NCBI GenBank assembly: GCA_038209745.1
Contig: JBBQXJ010000002.1
Span: 30,119 to 94,118 of the forward strand
From: Verrucomicrobiota bacterium
GTDB taxonomy: Bacteria > Verrucomicrobiota > Verrucomicrobiia > Limisphaerales > CANJSG01
Direction: 5' to 3'
DNA: 64,000 nucleotides
Shown here in pieces: positions 17,779 to 27,787 of the stretch. Position 1 is the first letter of the stretch. Each line of letters begins with the position of its first letter. The notes beneath the pieces were generated by a model. The model worked only from the letters and a program-made list of their open reading frames with translations. It was not told the origin of the DNA and made no database searches. The translations under genes were made by a program, and so were the position numbers.

Positions 17779-20441
17779 TCTTCCCGATCGGCCGGGAGTC
17801 CGGCGCCCCATCGACCCACGGCCAGGGCTACGACCGTTCCCGAAAGGACAACCAGTCCGCCAAGACCGGCCAAAAGCGCAACCGGGACATCCGCTTGCAG
17901 GGTCCACCCGAAGGTCTGCTTGTTGATCACGTGGATCAGGATCCAGCCGAGGGCGCCGCTGACCGCGAGCCCGGAGACCAGCCCGGCCAATGCAGTCAGG
18001 GCGCCTTCTATGGCCGAAGCGTGGGCGATCTCAAAGTGCGTCATCCCGAGGGCGCGCAGCGTGGTCAATTCCGCCCGCCTCTGTAGAAGCAGGCTGGCCA
18101 GGGTCATCGCCAAACCGACGACCGCCACGACCACGCCGATGAATTCCAAAACGTAGGTGATGGAGAAGGTCTGCCCAAAAATTCTGAGGATCTCCCGGCG
18201 AAGGTGGCTGTTTGTGAAGACGCTCAGGCCGGGATGAGCCGAGAGGATTTCGGTCCTGACCAAGTCAGCGTCGGTGTCCGGCTTGAGTTTGAGGATGACG
18301 CTGCTGGCGAGGTCCGTGCCGAACCAACCTGCCACCCGACTGCCCTCCAACACGACCGAGCCACGCTCGTTGCCGTAATCGCCGAAGACCCCGACGATTT
18401 TCAGCGTCCTCGATCCGGCCGGCGTCGGGATCGTCACTCTGTCTCCCGCGTTCAACTGGTAGCGCTCCGTGAAGCTCTCGCTGACGAAAGCCATGTCCGC
18501 GTTTTTGCTCCGGTCGAAGGCTTCGGGAGGAGGTGCTTTGAGCCACGCGAGATTCGCGTGGTCCCGGGTGAAGCCGATGTCGGCGCCGACCACCATGGTG
18601 GGACCGCCGGGCAACTGGATTTCGTGGGCTTGCATCACGTTCGCCGCGGCCACGTCCGCCCGCGCGACGAGCTCGCGCCAGACCGCCGTGGAAATACGGT
18701 TGTCCGTCGAAGCGCTCTGGGCCCCGGCACTGGAAATGTAGAGATCCGCCTGGAACGCGCGTTCGATCCAGCCGTTCATCGTTTGACTGAAGCTGCCGAC
18801 GAGGATCGCCATGCCGGCGGTCATCGCGACCGCGCAGGAGAGGCTGGCCGCTGCGAGCCGATGCCGCCCCGTCGGTGGCCGGATCTGTGACACCGCAAGA
18901 CGCCAGACCGGAGACCACGGTCCGATGGGACGCAGCATCCGACCCAACACCGAGAGCAGTTCTCCGCTGAAAATGCCGCCCGCGAATATCCAGCAAAGCG
19001 CCGACGCATAGCCTCCGACCGGGAACCGAATTCCGCCGTCGAAACGCAGGGGCGGCAACAACGCTGTCGCCATTCCGAAGGCCATCAATGCGAGCGCCAA
19101 GGGTCGGCTTCGGAGCGCGCGTGGCCCGGGATTTGGACCGCCACCGCGGACGAGCAATTGTGCGGGTGGCGTTCGGGCGGCGGATCGGGCCGGAGCCCAG
19201 CCTGCGAGGATGCCGGCCACCATCGCCAGGATCACGGCGAGGAGCAGTTCCGTCGGTTCCAATGCAGCGGCATCCGCCGAGGTGGCGCGATAGAGCGCGT
19301 TCACCGTCCGGCCCACCAGCTGCACGGCCGCTTGCGCGCCGAGCCATCCGGGGACCGAGCCGAGCAAGCCGCCGAGAAGACCGAGCGCGGCCGCTTCCAA
19401 GAGCCATGCCTGTTGGATCGTGCGCTCCTCCACTCCAAGGGCGCGGAGGATTCCGATCTCGTCACGCCGTCGGATCACAGCCCCATCCAAGGCCTGGAAG
19501 ATGAGATACAAGCCGACCACCAGCGCGATGAGGGACAGGATCGTAAGGTTCAACCGGAAGGCGCGGGTCATCATGGCTCCGCTGTCCCGGCGCTGCTTCG
19601 GAGATTCGATCTGCCAACGACCGCCCGACATCCCGTCCAGGCGGATTTTCAGCTCGCTCCGCCTCAGATCAAGATCGCCGCCGGGCTCCAACACACACTC
19701 GACCCGGTCGATGCGGTCCGGCCGCCCGTTCAAGGACTGGAGCATCGACTGGTCCATCACCAGCATCGACCGGGGCGGAGCGGGGCGATCGGGCAAGGAG
19801 GGGATGATCCCGGCGATCTCGAACGGGACGATCGATTCGTTGATGACCAACGACAGGGAATCGCCTGGCTTCAGCCGCTTCTCGTCGGCGAGCGCGGTGC
19901 TGATGAAGACCGAGCGCGGTGAGTCGAAGAATTCCCAGAAGCGATTGGTCCGCTCGGTTTGGGTCGAAGGCGTTTGGTTGAACCAGGAAACGGACGCCTC
20001 CGGGCTCCGGCTGCTCCGGTTGGCCGTTCGGTTGACCCGCAGGTTTTGCAGCGCGATCAGATCCAGCCCTAGCAGTTGGTAGGTGCGCCTTTGGCCGATG
20101 GTTTCGTCGGCGGACGCGGGCGGCTCCGTCGCGGTCGTCTCGACCACGGGCACAAGATGGACGGGTCTGTCGCCGAGGCCTTGGCGCAGTTCGGGAAGGA
20201 TGCTGGCGGGCAAGGTTCCAGCGGGGCTGCGGATGACCCAGTCGCTCTGTTCGGTGAGGATGTCGGTGAAGTTGCTGAAGCTCGCGAGCACGGCGCGATT
20301 GGCCAGCCGGATGGAGAAGTAGACGGCGACTCCGAGAGCCAGGATCACGACGAGCAGGCCCGATTGCCACGGAGCGTCGCGCCAATGCCGCAGGCTCATC
20401 CGCCGGAGCAGCAGCCAGAGAATGGACGGGCGTTCCGTCAT
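17775..20441 (-). CDS. FtsX/MacB-type ABC permease, duplicated (AttF/G-like)
   Basis: ILALGVA, RRDEIGILRALG, RRAELTTLRALG, VINKQTFGWT. Confidence 0.9.
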   Translation of the reverse strand: MTERPSILWLLLRRMSLRHWRDAPWQSGLLVVILALGVAVYFSIRLANRAVLASFSNFTDILTEQSDWVIRSPAGTLPASILPELRQGLGDRPVHLVPVVETTATEPPASADETIGQRRTYQLLGLDLIALQNLRVNRTANRSSRSPEASVSWFNQTPSTQTERTNRFWEFFDSPRSVFISTALADEKRLKPGDSLSLVINESIVPFEIAGIIPSLPDRPAPPRSMLVMDQSMLQSLNGRPDRIDRVECVLEPGGDLDLRRSELKIRLDGMSGGRWQIESPKQRRDSGAMMTRAFRLNLTILSLIALVVGLYLIFQALDGAVIRRRDEIGILRALGVEERTIQQAWLLEAAALGLLGGLLGSVPGWLGAQAAVQLVGRTVNALYRATSADAAALEPTELLLAVILAMVAGILAGWAPARSAARTPPAQLLVRGGGPNPGPRALRSRPLALALMAFGMATALLPPLRFDGGIRFPVGGYASALCWIFAGGIFSGELLSVLGRMLRPIGPWSPVWRLAVSQIRPPTGRHRLAAASLSCAVAMTAGMAILVGSFSQTMNGWIERAFQADLYISSAGAQSASTDNRISTAVWRELVARADVAAANVMQAHEIQLPGGPTMVVGADIGFTRDHANLAWLKAPPPEAFDRSKNADMAFVSESFTERYQLNAGDRVTIPTPAGSRTLKIVGVFGDYGNERGSVVLEGSRVAGWFGTDLASSVILKLKPDTDADLVRTEILSAHPGLSVFTNSHLRREILRIFGQTFSITYVLEFIGVVVAVVGLAMTLASLLLQRRAELTTLRALGMTHFEIAHASAIEGALTALAGLVSGLAVSGALGWILIHVINKQTFGWTLQADVPVALLAGLGGLVVLSGTVVALAVGRWGAGLPADREE

Positions 20442-21145
20442 TCCGGGTCGACGATGGATCCGTCCCGCAGATGGATCCGACGATGGCAGATGGCGGCCGC
20501 TTCCTCGCTGTGGGTCACGAGCACCATGGCGGTCCGGGTTTCGTCGGTCAGTTCCCGCAGGAGCCGCAGGATGTTCCCGCCATTGGCCGAATCGAGATTG
20601 CCCGTGGGTTCGTCGGCCAGCAGCACGGCCGGCCGATGGGAAAGCGCCCGGGCGATGGCGACGCGCTGCATCTCACCGCCGGAAAGCTGCCCCGGCCGGG
20701 CGTCGGCGCGGTGCTCCAGATTCAAGCGACGGAGCAGGGAATCGACGCGGGCGAGCCTTTCGCTTCGGGGCATTCCGAGAAGCTGGAGAGGGAACTCGAT
20801 GTTCTCCGCCGCGCTCAGGGTCGGCAGGAGATGGAAGAACTGGAAGATCGTCCCGATGCGGGTCCGGCGCAGTCGGGCCAGCGCGTCGCCGCTCAACGAC
20901 TCCAGCGGCTCGCCCGCGAGTTGGATGCTCCCGCTGTCGGCGCGGTCCACTCCGCCGAGGCAGTTGAGCAGGGTTGTTTTCCCAGAGCCGGAGGGTCCGG
21001 TCAAAGCCACACGCTCGCCCGCTTTCACCTCGAAGCCGACCCCGCGCAGCACGGGGCGACCGTCGTAGGCCTTGGCAAGATCGGAGACCCGGATGACGGT
21101 TTCGACAGTGGAGTTCGTTGGATAGAGAACGGCTTCGGCGGCCAT
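20438..21145 (-). CDS. LolD-like ABC ATP-binding protein (AttE-like)
   Basis: GPSGSGKT, LSGGEMQRVAIARA, ADEPTGNLD, VTH. Confidence 0.93.
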   Translation of the reverse strand: MAAEAVLYPTNSTVETVIRVSDLAKAYDGRPVLRGVGFEVKAGERVALTGPSGSGKTTLLNCLGGVDRADSGSIQLAGEPLESLSGDALARLRRTRIGTIFQFFHLLPTLSAAENIEFPLQLLGMPRSERLARVDSLLRRLNLEHRADARPGQLSGGEMQRVAIARALSHRPAVLLADEPTGNLDSANGGNILRLLRELTDETRTAMVLVTHSEEAAAICHRRIHLRDGSIVDPE

Positions 21146-21358
21146 GCAAACGGAAGCTGGCAGGTCGCTGCGAGTTCAGCAAATGCGCGCGATTCTTCGC
21201 GCTGCGTTGGACTCGCTGGTTCGAGCAGCCTACTCAAATCATGCGGTGGCCACTGGCGGCGGTCTCGGGGCGAGAATGGAGGTGCGTAATGGTCCAGGAC
21301 GCGACTGCGGCGCCAGGAGATTCTCTGGAGCAGGCCGGGAAGATCGGGATACGACGTG

Positions 21359-21666
21359 ATGAAACGTATTGGAACGACGATGGCCACCTCCATGGGCTTG
21401 GGTCTGCTGGGAATCGCGGAAACGGGAATGCGGGCGCAGAGGACGTGGATCACATCACCCGGAGGGAAATGGAATGTTCGTGGGAACTGGGACTCCGGCG
21501 TTCCGGCCGGGGGGATTACGGCGGCAAATTTCGGGGGACTCAAAAACTCCGCAGTCTGACGATCAACACGAACGGCTTCGTCGTCGAGGCGGACGGAGGC
21601 TTCTGCTTCACCAACGCCGTCAATGGCGTCGTTGGCTTCGAGCAATTCATGATCCTGCAGCAGTAG
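21359..21666 (+). pseudogene. remnant of a secreted autotransporter/PEP-CTERM-type protein
   Basis: Signal-like N-terminus then TWITSPGGKWNVRGNWDSGVP (WxxxxNWxxGVP motif), frameshift, short beta-rich tail and stop. Confidence 0.45.
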
Positions 21667-21774
21667 TTCGGCCCGCGGCTCCGCGCGCACTGGAGCTTCC
21701 AGCAATGGACGCTCCCTTTTTGTGCACGCAGAGAAGGCTTGGATCTTCGGCCGCCGCGCCTAGGTTTTCGTGCG

Positions 21775-23100
21775 ATGTCATGGCGAATGCTGATTCGGAT
21801 TTGCGTTCTGACCGCCGTGCTGGGCGGGACTTCGGCTTGGGCCGAGGTCACGAACGTCGTCGTCATCATTTCCCCCCACAACGAATCCATCCGGACAGAA
21901 TTCCAGGAAGGATTCAGCCGGTGGCATTCGGAGCACTTCGGATCGCCGGCGAAGGTCGACTGGCGCGACGTTGGCGGTACCACGGAGGCGCTCCGCTTCG
22001 TGTCTTCGGAGTTTGCCAACAAACCGGGCGGCATCGGCATCGACATCTTCTTCGGCGGCGGGCCGGAGCCGTATCTCTTCCTGGCCGACAAGGGACTCGT
22101 CCAAGCGTATCGTCCCCCGGCCGAGGTGATGGCGGGGATACCGCAGAACCATGGCGGCGTGGAGATCTACGATCCGGAGTTCCGCTGGTTCGGCGCGGCC
22201 CTTTCGAGCTTCGGGATTCTGGAGAACACGCGGGTGCAGCGCATAACCGGGCTGCCCTTCATCGAGAAATGGATCGATCTCACGCGGCCGGAACTCTTCG
22301 GCTGGGTCGGGGCGGGGGATCCGCGGAAGAGCGGCTCGATGAACACGATGTATGAGACCCTGCTCCAGTTCTACGGCTGGGAAAAAGGCTGGGACATCCT
22401 CAACCGGATCGGCGGGAACGTCCGGCGCTTCGACCTCTATTCCACCTCCACGGCCAAGGACGTGACCCTCGGTGAAACCGCCTACGGATTGGCCATCGAT
22501 TTCTACGGCTTCACCCAAGTGGCCATCGGAGGGCGGACGAATGTCGCCTTTGTGCTGCCCAAGGACTTCACCGCGCTGAACGCCGACGGCATCGCCATTT
22601 TGAAGGGCGCTCCCAATCTGCTCACGGCCCAGCGCTTCATCGACTTCACGCTCGGAGTGCCCGGTCAGAAGCTGTGGTTCGTGGAGAAAGGGCGTCCGGG
22701 CGGCGCCGTCCACGAGTCCATCGACCGGATGTGCGTGCGACCGGCCTTCTACACCGAGTTGAAGGACGTCTCGAACATCCAGTTCTCACCCTTCGAACTG
22801 GAGAGCGCCTTCCACTACGACAGCCAGCTGGCCCGGGAACGGCGCGACGTGGTCGCGGCTTTGATCGGAGCTCTGTTGGTGGACACCCACGACGAGCTGA
22901 AACAGGCCTGGTCCGCGCTGCTCAAACGCGGGTCGACCGCGGAGGATCTGGCCCGCTTCGCCACCGTGCCCATCACCGAAGCGGCGGCGATGTCCCTCGC
23001 GAAGAATCAATGGAAGAATCCAGCGATCCGGACCCGGCTCAAGATCGATTGGCAGAGCTGGGCGCAGGAGAAATATCGGAAGATCGCCAAACACGAATGA
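21775..23100 (+). CDS. ABC transporter substrate-binding protein (Fe3+/AfuA-like cluster)
   Basis: Signal peptide, IISPH, DIFFGGG, DPRKSGS, AIDFYG, DGIAILKGAPN. Confidence 0.85.
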   Translation: MSWRMLIRICVLTAVLGGTSAWAEVTNVVVIISPHNESIRTEFQEGFSRWHSEHFGSPAKVDWRDVGGTTEALRFVSSEFANKPGGIGIDIFFGGGPEPYLFLADKGLVQAYRPPAEVMAGIPQNHGGVEIYDPEFRWFGAALSSFGILENTRVQRITGLPFIEKWIDLTRPELFGWVGAGDPRKSGSMNTMYETLLQFYGWEKGWDILNRIGGNVRRFDLYSTSTAKDVTLGETAYGLAIDFYGFTQVAIGGRTNVAFVLPKDFTALNADGIAILKGAPNLLTAQRFIDFTLGVPGQKLWFVEKGRPGGAVHESIDRMCVRPAFYTELKDVSNIQFSPFELESAFHYDSQLARERRDVVAALIGALLVDTHDELKQAWSALLKRGSTAEDLARFATVPITEAAAMSLAKNQWKNPAIRTRLKIDWQSWAQEKYRKIAKHE

Positions 23101-23175
23101 ACACGAAGCGACACGAATCGGAACGAAGCCGCCGCCCAGCAGGCTTTTGGTGTGCATTTGTATCCATCCGTGCTG
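23090..23175. repeat. ACACGAA 10-bp-periodic palindromic element (degenerate)
   Basis: ACACGAATGA ACACGAAGCG ACACGAATCG with a degenerate complementary arm at ~23146-23172; supplies the SBP stop codon. Confidence 0.6.
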
Positions 23176-23185
23176 TTTGAACCGT

Positions 23186-24232
23186 ATGCGCGTCTTCATC
23201 GAAAACCTGGTCAAGAACTTCGGCGAAACCCAGGCGCTGAAGTCGCTCTCCTTCGAGATCTGCGACCACGAGCTCTTCTTTCTGCTCGGCCCGTCGGGCT
23301 GCGGCAAAACCACGCTTCTGCGGACGATCGCCGGCTTTTATCAGCCGGACGGAGGCCGACTTGTCTTCGGCGAAAAGAACATGGCGGGAGTACCGCCCCA
23401 CCAGCGCAACACCGGCATGGTCTTCCAGAATTACGCGCTCTGGCCGCACATGACCGTGGCCGAGAACGTCGCCTACGGTCTCGAAGTCCGCTCCGTCAGC
23501 CGCGCCGAAAGGGAGCAGCGCGTCCGAGATGCGTTGGACATCGTGCAGATGGGCATCTACGCCGAGCGGACGCCAAACCAGCTTTCCGGCGGCCAGCAGC
23601 AACGTGTCGCCCTGGCCCGGGCCCTGGTCGTCAAGCCCGACGTGTTGTTGCTCGACGAACCGCTGTCGAACCTCGACGCCAAGCTGCGGTTGGAGATGCG
23701 CGACGAGATCCGCCGCATCCACGACCGCACCCGGATCACCACGATCTACGTCACCCACGACCAGAAGGAGGCGTTGTCTCTGGCGGATCGGATGGCGGTC
23801 CTGCGCGACGGGCGCGTCGAGCAGATCGGTGATCCGCGTTCGGTCTACCGGCGGCCGGCGAACAAGTTCGTGGCCGACTTCATCGGTGAGACGAACTGGA
23901 TCGACGGTACGGTCGAATCGATCTCGGACCAGGGAATTGCGGTGCGAACGGCGTTCGGAACGGTCACGGAAATGGCGCGGGACGGCTTTTTGATCGGCCA
24001 GAAAGTGTCGGTCGGGATCCGGCCCGAAGCGGTCAGGATCGGCGATGCGCCGGTCAACGCGTTCGATGCCCGGATCGACTCCGTGACTTATCTCGGGGAG
24101 ATCGAGCAATACCGGCTGGATCTGGGTGGCGTGAGCCTCAAGGCGTTCGAGCAGAATCCGCTGGAGATCCGCAGGGTCGGAGCTGCGGTTCGGGTGCATG
24201 TCCGGCCCGAGGATGTGCTGGTTTTCGGGTGA
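23186..24232 (+). CDS. ABC transporter ATP-binding protein (PotA/FbpC type, TOBE domain)
   Basis: GPSGCGKT, VFQNYALWPH, LSGGQQQR, DEPLSNLD, THDQKEA. Confidence 0.93.
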   Translation: MRVFIENLVKNFGETQALKSLSFEICDHELFFLLGPSGCGKTTLLRTIAGFYQPDGGRLVFGEKNMAGVPPHQRNTGMVFQNYALWPHMTVAENVAYGLEVRSVSRAEREQRVRDALDIVQMGIYAERTPNQLSGGQQQRVALARALVVKPDVLLLDEPLSNLDAKLRLEMRDEIRRIHDRTRITTIYVTHDQKEALSLADRMAVLRDGRVEQIGDPRSVYRRPANKFVADFIGETNWIDGTVESISDQGIAVRTAFGTVTEMARDGFLIGQKVSVGIRPEAVRIGDAPVNAFDARIDSVTYLGEIEQYRLDLGGVSLKAFEQNPLEIRRVGAAVRVHVRPEDVLVFG

Positions 24233-24463
24233 AGCCGCTTCTGGGCGTCACGCATTCGACGGACGACTCTGGGTTTCAGAGGTCCGGATCCGTCCGGTGA
24301 TGGACCCAATAGTTCTGGGGCCCGTTTGGTGAGGATCCGACGGATCTGGGGGCGCATCCACTGGCCAGTCCGTGGCATCCGCTACGGTTTTGGCTTCGAG
24401 GAAGGAAGCGGACCACCTCCGAGTCCATCTGAATTGCGAAGATTGATAAAACGGGCGGGAAGC

Positions 24464-24511
24464 CCCTCACCCTATCGGATGGGGAGAGGGTGGCTGAAAG
24501 CCGGTTGAGGG
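24464..24511. repeat. CCCTC...GAGGG-type palindromic repeat
   Basis: CCCTCACCCTATCGGATGGGGAGAGGG-TGGCTGAAAGCCGGTTGAGGG: stem-loop plus second hairpin, between convergent genes. Confidence 0.6.
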
Positions 24512-24550
24512 CCCTCCACCGGTTCAATCTGTCTATCCAGGGAGATGGTA

Positions 24551-24931
24551 TCAGATCCCCTGGCGATTCGAGTAGCCGGTGTCGAGATCGTGCCAATGGT
24601 CGATGTCCTCTTCTGATTTTTCCCAGCAGAGGAAGACTTCGCGGCCTTCCCGAAGGGTCGGGAAGTCGATGAGTCCGCGATCAAGATCTTTGATCTGGAT
24701 TTCCCGCTGCTCGAACTCCTGGATCACGATGCGTATGTCCCCCATGAGGCGGAGGCGCTGGTTGACGGTGGAGCCACCTGCGTCGGCGCCGGTGCCGGTG
24801 ATCGCGTCGATGGTCCGTTCGGCGGAGCGGAGTTGATGGCGGAGCAGGTCGAGCCGGGCAAGCCACTGGCGGATGATGGGGAGGAGCGCACGGGCTTCCT
24901 CCAGGGTGTAGTGCCGGGTGAATTCAGGCAT
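24551..24931 (-). CDS. DUF2203 family protein
   Basis: YTLEEARALLP..IKDLDRGLIDFP..VFLCW..HWH..GY. Confidence 0.85.
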   Translation of the reverse strand: MPEFTRHYTLEEARALLPIIRQWLARLDLLRHQLRSAERTIDAITGTGADAGGSTVNQRLRLMGDIRIVIQEFEQREIQIKDLDRGLIDFPTLREGREVFLCWEKSEEDIDHWHDLDTGYSNRQGI

Positions 24932-24933
24932 CG

Positions 24934-26700
24934 CTAGGGAGTTTTTGATCCGGAAGCGGGGAGGTCGTCGAGCTTCTTTCTCACCCCGTCGTCGGGCTTG
25001 GCGGCGAGCGATTTTTCCCAGGCGGCACGGGCTTCGTCCTGTTGGCCGAGGGCGCCCAGGATGTCGCCGAGATGATCGTAGAGGACCGGGTCGGGTTTGT
25101 CGGACAGTTCGACGGAGCGGCGGATGGGAGGCAGGGCGTCCGCGTGGCGACCGAGCTTGAAGAGGACCCACGCAAGGCTGTCAAGGTAGGCGGGATTGTC
25201 GGGTTCCTGGCGCAGAGCCTTCTCGATCATGGCATGCGCTTCGTCGAGGTTTTCGCCGCGGGCGGCCCACATGTAACCGAGGTAGTTGAGGGTCTCGGCG
25301 GAGTCGGGTGCGAGTTCGAGGGCCCTGCGGAAGGAGCGTTCGGAATCTTGGATCGACTTCGCCTTTTCCTGCATGGCGCCGAGCTGGAAATAGAAGCCGG
25401 CTGTCAGGAGGGAAGGATTGGAGCTGCGTGCGATGATCTCGGCGGAGGTCATCTGGTTCACGGCGTTGGTGGGATCGTCGACGCGGGAATAGGCGAGGGC
25501 GGAGAGGAATTCTCCGAGGAACGTGGCCGAGAACCGGGTCTTGGCTTTCTTCAAGGTCTCCAGTGCGCCCTCGCCATGGTCCAGGGCGACTTGCGCGCGG
25601 GCGAGTTCGTAGTAGGCGGGTTCGAAATTTCCGTTGAGAACGAGAAAGCGCTTCAGGTAATCCTCGGCTTTTTCGTAGTGGCCGTTCTTCGCGGCGATGG
25701 AACCAAGGAAATAGTAGGCCTGCGGGAACTGGGTGGGATTGTCGCGGACGATAGCTTCCAAGTGTCCCTCGGCTTTGTCGAATTCGCCATTACCCAGATA
25801 GTAGTTGGCGAGCTTTTCGAGGGCTGCGTCCCGGAGCAAAGGCAGGTCGGTGAGACCGCCGACCATCGCCTCGTAGACTCCCATTGCTTTCGAAACGTCG
25901 CCGACGGCCGCGTATTGTCCGGCGATCTGGCTCAGGAGAAGAGTGTTCTCGGGGGACTGCGCCATGGCCCCGTCGAGGAGGGCGCGAAGACGGGGTTTGA
26001 TCTCGTCGGCCTTGGCCGGATCGAGCGTCAGATACTTCGCATAGAGTTCCGCGGTGCCGACGAGGAAGAACGCGTCCGCTTGGGCCGCTTGATCGGCGGC
26101 CAGTTGGATGACCCGGAGGGAGTTCGTGTTTTGGCCGAGGCGAAAGTAGACCTCGGCCAAGGTCTGGTAAGTGTCGAGGCGGAGAGGATCCTTGCGGAGC
26201 GAGGCTTCGCAGGAGGTGATGGCCTGGTTCGTCAGGCCCGCGATCAGGGCCGCACGGCCGTAGAGCCCGAGGGCTTCTGCGGAAGCGTCCGGAGACTGGG
26301 CCGACTTCGCGAGGATCTCCATCGCCTTGGCCGATTGGCCGAGCTGGAGATAGCGCTGGGAAACATCGAAAAGGAGGGACGCGTTTTCCGGGTCGAGCCG
26401 GGCCGCTTTTTCGTATTCCTCCAGAGCGGCGGCCGGGGCGTCGTTCAAGTCGTGGGAAACGCCGGCGGCAAAACGGGCAAAGCCCTCGACGCGTCGCTCT
26501 GTCTCGGCGGCGGAGGCGACGGGGGAATCCGGAGGATCGGTAATCTGGTGGAACCCACCCCGGGTCGAGCAGCCGGCAAGGACCGCGATCCAAAGGATCA
26601 TCGCGGCCAGAAAGGCGGGGTGTCCCGACCACAGTGGAATCCCGCGCTCGGGGTGCTCAAGCGCTTGTCGGGGAGTCAAACTTCGCGTCGCGTCGGCCAT
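24934..26700 (-). CDS. TPR-repeat lipoprotein
   Basis: LAGC lipobox; multiple TPRs; LNYLGYMWA..AYLDSLAWV..YDHLGD C-terminal motif. Start uncertain. Confidence 0.85.
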   Translation of the reverse strand: MADATRSLTPRQALEHPERGIPLWSGHPAFLAAMILWIAVLAGCSTRGGFHQITDPPDSPVASAAETERRVEGFARFAAGVSHDLNDAPAAALEEYEKAARLDPENASLLFDVSQRYLQLGQSAKAMEILAKSAQSPDASAEALGLYGRAALIAGLTNQAITSCEASLRKDPLRLDTYQTLAEVYFRLGQNTNSLRVIQLAADQAAQADAFFLVGTAELYAKYLTLDPAKADEIKPRLRALLDGAMAQSPENTLLLSQIAGQYAAVGDVSKAMGVYEAMVGGLTDLPLLRDAALEKLANYYLGNGEFDKAEGHLEAIVRDNPTQFPQAYYFLGSIAAKNGHYEKAEDYLKRFLVLNGNFEPAYYELARAQVALDHGEGALETLKKAKTRFSATFLGEFLSALAYSRVDDPTNAVNQMTSAEIIARSSNPSLLTAGFYFQLGAMQEKAKSIQDSERSFRRALELAPDSAETLNYLGYMWAARGENLDEAHAMIEKALRQEPDNPAYLDSLAWVLFKLGRHADALPPIRRSVELSDKPDPVLYDHLGDILGALGQQDEARAAWEKSLAAKPDDGVRKKLDDLPASGSKTP

Positions 26701-26790
26701 GTTCGTGCGGGCAATGTGCCCAAAGAAAAGCAGCCCGCAAAGTGCGGGCTGCTTCGACATTTGAAAACTGGAAGATCCACCTGGACGGCG

Positions 26791-26892
26791 TTACTTCTGC
26801 CAAGTGCGCTTCTTGTGGCGATTCTGGCGGAGCTTCTTACGGCGCTTGTGACGATTGATCTTGGCCTTACGGCGTTTCTTCAGTGAACCCAT
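26791..26892 (-). CDS. 33-aa basic protein, ribosomal bS22/mS38 (AURKAIP1/COX24, DUF1713)-like
   Basis: Translated by hand: MGSLKKRRKAKINRHKRRKKLRQNRHKKRTWQK*; absent from the ORF track. Confidence 0.85.
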   Translation of the reverse strand: MGSLKKRRKAKINRHKRRKKLRQNRHKKRTWQK

Positions 26893-26911
26893 ACAGTTTT
26901 AATTTACAGCG

Positions 26912-27787
26912 TCAGTAGACGACTTTGTTCAACGGATACTCGATTATGCCTTCTGCTCCGGAGGCCTTTAACTGGGGGATGATCTCGCGAACAATATGCT
27001 CGTCGATGATGACTTCCACCGCGATCCAACCGGGCTGGCTCAAAGTTGAGACGGTTGGATTACGCAATGCCGGGAGGCTTTGCAACAACTTTGGCAGGTT
27101 CTTCTGCTCGATGTTCATCTTCAGGCCGACCTTCAATTCGGCCTCCATGGCGCCCCGCAGCAGGAGGTCGAGGGTCTCGATCTTGGTCCGCTTCCATTTA
27201 TCCTTCCAAGAATCGAGGTTCGCCACGAGCCGGGGGGTGGAAGTGAGGAGGGTTTCGACGATGCGGAGATTGTTGGCCCGGAGCGAAGAACCGGTCTCGG
27301 TCACCTCGACGATGGCGTCGACCAGTTCGTGGGCCTTCACCTCGGTCGCGCCCCAGGAGAATTCGACCTCGGCTTTGACCTTGTTCTTCTTGAGCCAACG
27401 AGTGGTGAGATTGACCACTTCCGTGGCGATCCTCTTTCCTGCGAGATCTTTGACCGACCTGATCTTGGAGTCTTCGGGCACGGCCAAGACCCAGCGGGTG
27501 GGCTGGCGGGAAATCTTGCTGAAAATGTATTCGGCGACCTCGTGGACCTTGGAACCGTTCTCGACGATCCAATCGTGTCCGGTGATGCCGGCGTCCAGAT
27601 AGCCGTGCTCGACGTAGCGGCTGATCTCCTGGGCGCGGATCAGGCGGATCTCGAGTTCGTCGTCGTCGACGTAGGGCACGTAGGAACGGCTGCTGACCTG
27701 CACATTGAAGCCCGCCTTGGCCATCTTTTCGATGGTGGCGTCCTGCAGGCTGCCTTTGGGCAGGCCGAGTCTGAGCTTTTTCTTCAT
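26912..27787 (-). CDS. hisG: ATP phosphoribosyltransferase, long form
   Basis: [39 protein letters not shown]-terminal regulatory domain. Confidence 0.96.
   Translation of the reverse strand: MKKKLRLGLPKGSLQDATIEKMAKAGFNVQVSSRSYVPYVDDDELEIRLIRAQEISRYVEHGYLDAGITGHDWIVENGSKVHEVAEYIFSKISRQPTRWVLAVPEDSKIRSVKDLAGKRIATEVVNLTTRWLKKNKVKAEVEFSWGATEVKAHELVDAIVEVTETGSSLRANNLRIVETLLTSTPRLVANLDSWKDKWKRTKIETLDLLLRGAMEAELKVGLKMNIEQKNLPKLLQSLPALRNPTVSTLSQPGWIAVEVIIDEHIVREIIPQLKASGAEGIIEYPLNKVVY

Noticed and set aside
24240-24440. Possible PIN-toxin C-terminal remnant or small ORFs after the ABC ATPase
   Set aside because: Similarity too faint to support by eye.
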